Of a stretch of DNA of 64,000 bases, positions 56,790-64,000 are shown in pieces; within the stretch, counting starts at the first letter, position 1, and the number at the start of each line of letters is the position of its first letter. A program made the translations under genes and the position numbers. The notes beneath the pieces are model-generated. The model was not told the DNA's origin. It ran no database searches and saw only the letters and a program-made list of their open reading frames with translations. The DNA is taken from IMG/VR virus record IMGVR_UViG_2847593706_000001, positions 1 through 64,000 of that record; one strand, given 5' to 3'. Source of the DNA: a virus (lineage: Duplodnaviria > Caudoviricetes).

Positions 56790-57707
56790 ATGCAATTAAG
56801 ACAATCACAAAGACAACAGGTAAAGCTCAGATTAGGATTATCCGGAGCAAGTGGATTTGGAAAAACCAAATCAGCCTTATTATTAGCCTATGGAATGACA
56901 CAAGACTGGAGCAAAATAGCTGTTATAGATACAGAAAATTCCTCTGCTTCCTTATATTCAGACCTGGGAAATTATAATGTTTTGGACTTACAAGCACCTT
57001 ATAGCCCTGAAAGATATATCCAGGCTATTGAATTATGCGAGAAATCAGGCATTGAAGTTATTATCATAGATTCAGCTAGCCATGAATGGAATGGCTCTGG
57101 TGGATGCTTAGAAATTCATGAGAAATTAGGTGGCAGGTTTCAGGATTGGGCTAATGTAACTCCAAGGCATCAAGCATTCATCAACAAGATATTACAGTCA
57201 AGCTGTCATATCATTACCACCACAAGAAGAAAGATGGATTATTCTTTAGATATTGGTAGCAATGGTAAGACTAAAGTCGTGAAACATGGAACAAAAGAAA
57301 TCACTAGGGATGGCTTTGAATATGAACTCACTATCAATTTTGAATTAGTTAATGATAATCATTTGGCTAAAGCAAGTAAGGATAGAACAGGACTATTCAT
57401 GAATAAACCTGAGTTTCTGATAACCCCTCAAACTGGTAAGGTGATTCTTGACTGGTGTAATTCAGGAACTATTAACCCAACCCAGGTAACCTCTTCTATG
57501 CCTAAACAAAGTTACCTGGGTGCTAATGAGATTAACACTCTGATTAGTAAAATTGGAGATTGCAACACAATTAATGACCTTTTGGCTCTTTACAAACAAT
57601 TTCCCCAATATCAGGAAGATTTAAAATCTGAATATGAAGCCAGAAAATCATTTTTAATCAAATTATCCAACCCTCAAAACTTTTCAACTAATGGAATACA
57701 CAGATAA
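56790..57707 (+). CDS. AAA_24/Sak4-like ATPase
   Basis: GASGFGKT, VIDTEN, IIDSASHEW, KDRTGLF. Confidence 0.85.
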   Translation: MQLRQSQRQQVKLRLGLSGASGFGKTKSALLLAYGMTQDWSKIAVIDTENSSASLYSDLGNYNVLDLQAPYSPERYIQAIELCEKSGIEVIIIDSASHEWNGSGGCLEIHEKLGGRFQDWANVTPRHQAFINKILQSSCHIITTTRRKMDYSLDIGSNGKTKVVKHGTKEITRDGFEYELTINFELVNDNHLAKASKDRTGLFMNKPEFLITPQTGKVILDWCNSGTINPTQVTSSMPKQSYLGANEINTLISKIGDCNTINDLLALYKQFPQYQEDLKSEYEARKSFLIKLSNPQNFSTNGIHR

Positions 57708-58818
57708 TACAGCAGTAATGGAACTGCACAATGTCCAAAGAAGCAGTCACCTTAACCTGGAGGCTGTAAATATCCAAGAGGCAGAGGTGTTTTATCCAAG
57801 CAAAATGAATGAATGTAAGGAGGTTGAACCAAGAAGTGTTCAACCTCTTTTGATTTCTGATACAGTCAGTACAACTATTGGTACAACAGGCTCTGCCTAT
57901 GCTCATAAGCCATTCATTGAAGCCAACACCTTACAAGTTGATTTAAGCCACCTTAAAAGTGACTGCATCATTCCTGTGTTCAGTAAAGACAATGAAAAGA
58001 CTATTGCCCATCAAGAGTTTATAGATATTGTGATGAATACAATATTAAAGCTGTTCCCACATCACAGTATCAGCAATCCTGAAATTAGGGTATCACATCA
58101 AATCAAGGGCAGGACACCTGATGCCATATACAAAAGTGCTAAGGAATTATTAGACCATGAGAAGACCATTTACTATGAAAGAATGGCTTTTATTATTCAA
58201 ATACCATCTATTGTAGACACTATCAATGGTAATGAATTAGCTCTAACTTTGGGAGGAGTACGAAGTTATAACCTGGAGAACCTTTACAACAAGAAAACCT
58301 TTGAAAAATTCAAGTTCTTCATTGGCTTTCAAAATAAGGTTTGCTGTAATTTATGTGTTAGTTCTGATGGTTTTGTAGAAGAAATGAGAGTTGGAAATTA
58401 TCATGAACTACAGGAGAAAGTTACCCATGTGATTCAAAACTACAATGCAAAAAGTCATCTGGAGGTTATGAAGTCATTATCTCACAGTTATCTTACAGAG
58501 CATCAATTTGCCCAGCTCTTAGGCAGGTCAAGACTGTATCAACATTTACCTAAAAAAGAGAGATTAGCCATACCAAGTCTGAACTTTAATGACAGTCAGC
58601 TTAGTACAGTAGCTAAAGACTACTATGAAGATGAAAACTTTTGCAGAAATGATGATGGAGATATTAACCTCTGGAATGTGTATAATCTCTTTACACAGGC
58701 TAATAAGAGCAGTTATATAGACACTTTCCTTGACAGGAATTTGAATGCTTTTGAGTTTTCAAAAGGTATTCAGAAACTACTTAATGGTAACTCTAATTAT
58801 CATTGGTTTTTAAGCTGA
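57691..58818 (+). CDS. DUF3871-like protein
   Basis: FIEANT, IPVFSKDNE, RVSHQIKGR, KTIYYERMAF, NKSSYID. Confidence 0.75.
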   Translation: MEYTDNTAVMELHNVQRSSHLNLEAVNIQEAEVFYPSKMNECKEVEPRSVQPLLISDTVSTTIGTTGSAYAHKPFIEANTLQVDLSHLKSDCIIPVFSKDNEKTIAHQEFIDIVMNTILKLFPHHSISNPEIRVSHQIKGRTPDAIYKSAKELLDHEKTIYYERMAFIIQIPSIVDTINGNELALTLGGVRSYNLENLYNKKTFEKFKFFIGFQNKVCCNLCVSSDGFVEEMRVGNYHELQEKVTHVIQNYNAKSHLEVMKSLSHSYLTEHQFAQLLGRSRLYQHLPKKERLAIPSLNFNDSQLSTVAKDYYEDENFCRNDDGDINLWNVYNLFTQANKSSYIDTFLDRNLNAFEFSKGIQKLLNGNSNYHWFLS

Positions 58819-58858
58819 TCTTACTTCCTAGTTTTTTATTGGTGCATATTTAAACCTC

Positions 58859-59455
58859 ATGAATGATTATATTTGTAGTCAAAAAATCATATTAATGATC
58901 CATTTTATAAATAATGTACTCAAATATAAATCTTTATTTCATATCATAGATATTCCTTATAGGGACATTCATTTAATACAAAAGAAAGTGATTAATGATC
59001 TAAAACTAAATAATTTAAATCAGCTGAGAGATAAATTTGAAGGTGAGCAGTATTATAAGAATAATCTTCACAAATGTTTACCAATCTTAGCTCTTGAAAA
59101 ACTATTTACCAAAAGAATTTTTGATTGGGATAATTTAGATCTAAAGAGTATCCAGAGTATACTCACAATTGAAAATACTAAGGTATATTTAAAACTGTGT
59201 GAATATGGGAAAACTCCAGAGGTTGAGAAAGATATAGATGGACCTGTGATTTTTTTTGTTTATGATGATAAAAAAGAAGTATGGATATGTGGACTTGCAC
59301 GAAAGGAGACTATAAGCAGGTTTCAAGGTAAAGAAAGAACAATAGGTATAGGTTCAAGAGCCAAAAGAGTTGTTGAATTTATAGGATTTGAACATTTAAA
59401 AAACTTTAGTTCATTTGAAGAACTATCATTAATTGTAAAAGAAGAAAATGAATAA
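58859..59455 (+). CDS. Hypothetical protein overlapping the MTase start
   Basis: 198 aa; possible degenerate nuclease fold (inference). Confidence 0.6.
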   Translation: MNDYICSQKIILMIHFINNVLKYKSLFHIIDIPYRDIHLIQKKVINDLKLNNLNQLRDKFEGEQYYKNNLHKCLPILALEKLFTKRIFDWDNLDLKSIQSILTIENTKVYLKLCEYGKTPEVEKDIDGPVIFFVYDDKKEVWICGLARKETISRFQGKERTIGIGSRAKRVVEFIGFEHLKNFSSFEELSLIVKEENE

Positions 59456-60416
59456 AAAATTCACAGTAGGAAGCTTGTATGCTGGTATAGGAGGAATTTG
59501 TTTAGGATTTAAAAAAGCAAAATTTAATATTTTATGGGCAAATGAATATGATAAGAATGCATGTGTAACATATAGACAGAATTTTTCCCATCAACTATAT
59601 GAGAATGATATTATATCTTTTGATATTAATAAGCTAAAGAAAATTGATGTGCTAGCTGCAGGATTTCCATGTCAGCCCTTTTCAGTAGCTGGTTATAGAA
59701 AAGGATTTACAGATGATAGGGGAAACCATTTTTTTCGTATAATGGAGATTGTTGATCTAATTAGACCTAAAGTAGTTTTCTTAGAAAATGTAAAAAACTT
59801 AGTGGGGCATGACCATGGTAATACCTTTAAGGTTATACAAGAAAGCTTGGAAAGCAGAGGTTATACATTTGATGCAAAAGTTTTAAACACTAAAGATTAT
59901 GGAGATATTCCTCATAATAGGGAGAGAATCTTTATGGTTTGTTTTGATAAAAACATTTTACAGTACCCAGATAATTTTAAGTTTCAGTTTCCTAAAAAAG
60001 ACCCTTTAAAAAGGAAAATAAAAGATCTTATTATTCATGAAAAAGTTGATGATAAGTTTTACTATGGAAAAGATAAATATATGTATCACATGTTAGAAGA
60101 AACTATGACAAAAGAAGATACTATTTATCAGTTCAGAAGGCAGTATGTAAGGGAAAATAAATCTAATGTATGTCCAACACTTACTGCAAACATGGGAACA
60201 GGAGGACACAATGTTCCTATGGTTAAAACAGAATTTGGCTTTAGAAAGTTAACTCCAAGAGAATGTTTTAGATTTCAAGGTTTTCCAGATGATTTTAAGC
60301 TTCCTGAGATTGCAAATTCACACTTATACAAACAAGCAGGTAATTCTGTAAGTGTTCCTGTTATTGAAAGACTTGCAGGTAAAATTTTTGATGTACTTGA
60401 GTCAAAGATCCTTTAA
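59448..60416 (+). CDS. DNA (cytosine-5) methyltransferase
   Basis: YAGIGG, GFPCQPFS, LENV, RERIF, YKQAGNSV. Confidence 0.95.
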   Translation: MNKKFTVGSLYAGIGGICLGFKKAKFNILWANEYDKNACVTYRQNFSHQLYENDIISFDINKLKKIDVLAAGFPCQPFSVAGYRKGFTDDRGNHFFRIMEIVDLIRPKVVFLENVKNLVGHDHGNTFKVIQESLESRGYTFDAKVLNTKDYGDIPHNRERIFMVCFDKNILQYPDNFKFQFPKKDPLKRKIKDLIIHEKVDDKFYYGKDKYMYHMLEETMTKEDTIYQFRRQYVRENKSNVCPTLTANMGTGGHNVPMVKTEFGFRKLTPRECFRFQGFPDDFKLPEIANSHLYKQAGNSVSVPVIERLAGKIFDVLESKIL

Positions 60417-61124
60417 TTTATTATACATCAAGTTAATGTCTTTTAAATCACCACTTTGGATGTAATAATTGTCAGCATCCATTGTGGTTTGATTTAGTTT
60501 ATCCCCTTTTTTGAGTATGTATTCCCTTTTGATTATTTCTTTTAAGGTTTCGTGTGATAGAACTCCAGGAATATCAAAATACAAATCCTGCATATTTAAG
60601 ATCTTAGACATTTTTTCTATATCAGAATCTCCATTTTTAAAAAGATCTTTTAGGTTAGGTTTGATTCTGACACATACAAAATAATCATATATAAATGCTC
60701 CTCCATCTGGTGTGTAGGTTCCATTTTCATCCCAGTCTTTACATTCTAGTAAAAATAAATTTGCAAAGAATGCCATAGATTTCACATTAATATTTTTGCC
60801 ATTTGCAACTATGTCTCCATGATCCCATATTCCTTTTTCAAATATTCCTAAATCAACTCCAGAAGTTGTAATATCATTTTTTTTTAATTCATCATCCAAA
60901 ATTAACTCTGCAAGCTTACCTTGGAAAGTGTTAGCAAAAACCTCATCTGGAGTCCTAATTAAACTTCCTCCACTTCTATGATCTCTGTGAAACCCTTCTC
61001 CATATGCCATTTCATATGCAAATTTGAAAGCTATACTAATAAATTCCTCTTTAACCATATTTTCAGTAAAAGGAATTTTTTTAGTTATCCTGTATATTCC
61101 ATCTTTAAATTCAAGTCTGCTCAT
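60402..61124 (-). CDS. Putative type II restriction endonuclease (PD-(D/E)xK-like)
   Basis: QGKLAE...GDIV...INVKS; convergent with and overlapping the MTase. Confidence 0.6.
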   Translation of the reverse strand: MSRLEFKDGIYRITKKIPFTENMVKEEFISIAFKFAYEMAYGEGFHRDHRSGGSLIRTPDEVFANTFQGKLAELILDDELKKNDITTSGVDLGIFEKGIWDHGDIVANGKNINVKSMAFFANLFLLECKDWDENGTYTPDGGAFIYDYFVCVRIKPNLKDLFKNGDSDIEKMSKILNMQDLYFDIPGVLSHETLKEIIKREYILKKGDKLNQTTMDADNYYIQSGDLKDINLMYNKLKDL

Positions 61125-61145
61125 CTGTATTAGTTTTAGTTAAAA

Positions 61146-62453
61146 TTAAGAAATTAGCTCTTTTAAATTTGTAACTTCTAAGCTTTTATTCTCCAGATAC
61201 ATCTGCTGCCAGTCTTTAAATGGACATAAAATAATTAATATTTTTTTACCTGGGTATAACTCGTATTTAATATCTCCAATCAATATTATATTATTAATTA
61301 TAACAGCATGCTCATCTTCTTTAAGTTCTGAAAATTCATCCTCATTTGCTGGGAAAAGAAAAAAGTTTCCAATTGCTTTTTCTATTTTATTCTCAATATG
61401 CTGTTGGTATTGAAACTGTTTTAAAATGTCTTTGTATCCTGGTTCTCCAGATAGAGTGCTTTTAAATTTTAGGCTGTAATACTTTGCATCAAATAGATAG
61501 GTATTATTTTCATTATCATTTATAATAATATCTGGTAATAATATACTTTTAGATTCATAATTATTACCTAAAATATCCCATTTAGGTCTTGGAAAATAAG
61601 AGTTTTTTGAATGCTTGTACTTCCATATCTGCTTACATATGTCTTCCCAAATAGTTGAATATGCTTTTGTACCATACAAAGACATATCATTTTCCAAAGC
61701 TCCAGTCTTACTTCTAATTAAGAATATTAATGATTTTATTAAATATATTTCTCTGTCAGTATAAACAGTTTGTAATAACTTTAGAAGATGATTTATTAGC
61801 TGCTCTGGATTTCCTATTTCACTTAGATTCTCTTCGTAATCAAAATCAAAATTAATAAGATCTATTCCTAGAAATACTGAATATTTTTCTGAAATATAAT
61901 TTAACCCCCACTTTTGAATAGCTGCTGTTAAGTTAAATATATCTTCAATTATAGTGTGATTTATAGTATCAGTATAAACTGGCTGACCAGAAGAATAGAT
62001 TGGATCAATATCATTAACTGTATGAACCCAGTGAATGTCTCCATTCCCATTTATTTCGTACAGTCTATCTCTGTAAGTGTAAATTCCATTACTTTGAAAG
62101 TCCTCTAATAAGAACTCTGCAATTGCTAATTCAGAACATTCAGGATTATCAGGCTCTATGTTGAAAAAATCAATTCCATCAAATAGATGTCTATTGGTTT
62201 TTGTATATCTTTTTAAAGTTTTAATTGTTAATAAGGCAGACTCTTTTAGCTCTCTAGTGTATATTTTAGGTATAACAGCAAATGCGACACTTCGTACAGA
62301 TACAACCCCAACAAAAGTAAACTTATAATAGGTATTACTCTGCTCAATTATACCTCTTAAGCCTAATGTGAATAATTCCTCTTCTGAAAAAGAAATCAAC
62401 AATTCAGACTTAGTATATGACTTTTGTTCAATATAAATAACAGGATTATTCAA
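61146..62453 (-). CDS. LlaJI/McrC-like restriction subunit
   Basis: FTFVGVV, VIPKIY, IWEDIC, PDII, DAKYY, KQFQY. Confidence 0.85.
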   Translation of the reverse strand: MNNPVIYIEQKSYTKSELLISFSEEELFTLGLRGIIEQSNTYYKFTFVGVVSVRSVAFAVIPKIYTRELKESALLTIKTLKRYTKTNRHLFDGIDFFNIEPDNPECSELAIAEFLLEDFQSNGIYTYRDRLYEINGNGDIHWVHTVNDIDPIYSSGQPVYTDTINHTIIEDIFNLTAAIQKWGLNYISEKYSVFLGIDLINFDFDYEENLSEIGNPEQLINHLLKLLQTVYTDREIYLIKSLIFLIRSKTGALENDMSLYGTKAYSTIWEDICKQIWKYKHSKNSYFPRPKWDILGNNYESKSILLPDIIINDNENNTYLFDAKYYSLKFKSTLSGEPGYKDILKQFQYQQHIENKIEKAIGNFFLFPANEDEFSELKEDEHAVIINNIILIGDIKYELYPGKKILIILCPFKDWQQMYLENKSLEVTNLKELIS

Positions 62454-64000
62454 AAGCTAAAGTTTCATCAAACACATTATTTCCTTTATCATACTCTTCT
62501 GCTATTTCAGAAAAGGTCTTCAAAGAACTTTTAAATATTCCAGTTTTATATCTTAAAACATCTTCTTTTAGATACAGAAGCAGTTTGTTTTTAACTGATT
62601 TCTGATTTGTAATTTCTCTTTTATTTAAAAAGAAAGGACCTACAAGTTTATCTTCATGAATTCCAAGCTCAAGAAGCTTTTGGTTTATGATTCTTCTAAA
62701 AGTATTCCATTTAAGTTCTGGCTTGCCTTCAAGGAAAGGCATATTGATATTAACATCATTTATATGGATTTCACTCTTATTAATTCCTAGATGTTCAAAG
62801 CTCCAGCGTCTTTTAAAAGCTGTATCAAGAGGTAATACTCCTTGATCTGCATTATTCATGGTTGCCCATATATATAGATTTGAAGGGATTTTAATTTCAG
62901 TCTCAGCAATATTTCTCCCTCTTAGATAATCATATATTGAAGTTTCTAAGGTAATAGGATATTCACTCTCTCCATTATCATTTCTATCAAGCAGTTGAAA
63001 TAGCTCTCCAAAAACAGCAGTAGTGTTAGCTCTATTCAACTCTTCTATCAGTAATAAAAAATTGTGATCTGGATTTTTGACTGCTCTCTCATACAATATT
63101 AAAAAAGGTCCAGGTTCAAAGGTATATTCAATAACAGGTTCAACCTTATGTTCATTAATAGTAACCCTGTCAGAATTAAATATTGTTACTCCTGTTTCTT
63201 TGTATAGAGGTTTGGGTTTATATGAACCAACAAAGTTTCTATATGAATAACTCGAGTGGAATGTAACTCTTTTGTATAAAAGTTCATTAGGGAAGAGCTC
63301 ATTTGCTCTTTTGTTCATTTCATAACTTTTACCTGTTCCAGGGGCTCCATATAATATTAGATTTTTAGGGAAGTCTTCTGAAATAGAATTAGGATTTACT
63401 TCTATGTTTGAAATCGTATTTAGTTTCATAAATCCTCCCTCAATAGCTCTAAGATTAGTAATGTGAAATTTATTTCCAAAAATTGTTGTTATTTCATCTT
63501 CAAGTTCTGGAAAGATGTCAAGTAAAATACCAATTAAGTTTCTGGCTTGTTCTATTGTTATGCTACTGTTAGCCTGATTTTGCTCATTTTTTATCATTGG
63601 TCCTATAAAAGGAATGCTATAACTATTAAAATAACCAATGAATTCGTGTCTAGAAAGCACTTTAGGTAAAATAAGCAATGGTTTTAACTTAATTTTGAAA
63701 TATCTTGGGTTGTTAGTGTCATAACCTTTAGCATAGGGTCCATGAGTAATAATACAAATAGCACTTAATCCAAAAGCCCACTCAGGATTGTCACCATGTT
63801 GGTTAAAAAAAACAATATCGCCAGTATTAGTTATTGCTTCATGCTGATAAATTCCTCCAAATTCAAATTCATCTTCACCTGGACTAGCTCTATCTATTGA
63901 TGTAACAGTTGTTTTAAATGAGTAATAATGTATAGCCATAGGATCCTTTATAATATACATATCATAATATATTTTTAATATAGGTGGAAGCTCACTAAAG
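62446..64000 (-). CDS. McrB-like AAA+ GTPase (probably 5'-truncated by the window edge)
   Basis: GAPGTGKS, IEELNRA, ATMNNAD, AFKRRW; the frame stays open from 63960 to the window end. Confidence 0.88.
   Translation of the reverse strand, partial: FSELPPILKIYYDMYIIKDPMAIHYYSFKTTVTSIDRASPGEDEFEFGGIYQHEAITNTGDIVFFNQHGDNPEWAFGLSAICIITHGPYAKGYDTNNPRYFKIKLKPLLILPKVLSRHEFIGYFNSYSIPFIGPMIKNEQNQANSSITIEQARNLIGILLDIFPELEDEITTIFGNKFHITNLRAIEGGFMKLNTISNIEVNPNSISEDFPKNLILYGAPGTGKSYEMNKRANELFPNELLYKRVTFHSSYSYRNFVGSYKPKPLYKETGVTIFNSDRVTINEHKVEPVIEYTFEPGPFLILYERAVKNPDHNFLLLIEELNRANTTAVFGELFQLLDRNDNGESEYPITLETSIYDYLRGRNIAETEIKIPSNLYIWATMNNADQGVLPLDTAFKRRWSFEHLGINKSEIHINDVNINMPFLEGKPELKWNTFRRIINQKLLELGIHEDKLVGPFFLNKREITNQKSVKNKLLLYLKEDVLRYKTGIFKSSLKTFSEIAEEYDKGNNVFDETLAFE

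Larger units (their letters stand above)
52740..64000. mobile_element. Left part of integrative island C with defence cargo
   Basis: Own integrase beside the att core, AAAAGGCA repeats (52847-52888), helicase/AAA/DUF3871-like backbone, RM genes, CpG depletion. Confidence 0.85.

Overview
AT-rich Bacteroidota DNA (Flavobacteriales-like, inferred from TAnnTTTG promoter boxes and protein families). Three mobile elements sit head-to-tail, separated by two identical 43-bp copies of the 3' half of a CAU-anticodon tRNA (7203-7245, 52697-52739). (A) 1-7202: right end of a CpG-poor island with a MORC/GHKL-histidine kinase fusion, an XRE regulator, cargo genes and radC. (B) 7203-52739: an apparently complete ~45.5-kb temperate siphovirus-like prophage with integrase, O-acyltransferase moron, lysis cassette, tail spike/fibre, head module downstream of the tail module, tRNA-Cys, terminases, replication/recombination genes and a CI/Cro switch. 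(C) 52740-64000+: a second CpG-poor island with integrase, SF2 helicase, AAA ATPase, DUF3871-like gene and a restriction-modification/McrBC(LlaJI)-like cluster. Most notable signals not in the ORF track: a probable -1 frameshift that appends an 'IFDRTFDKTFE' peptide (proposed fibre-docking motif) to some major tail subunits; a second -1 frameshift in a relocated tail-assembly chaperone; a phage protein resembling a Bacteroidota RNA polymerase beta segment; Cys-cluster-rich virion proteins alongside tRNA-Cys and small CxxC proteins; and six copies of a TATTGT-N7-ACAATA palindrome before late genes. All family assignments come from motif recognition by eye; no database search was run.
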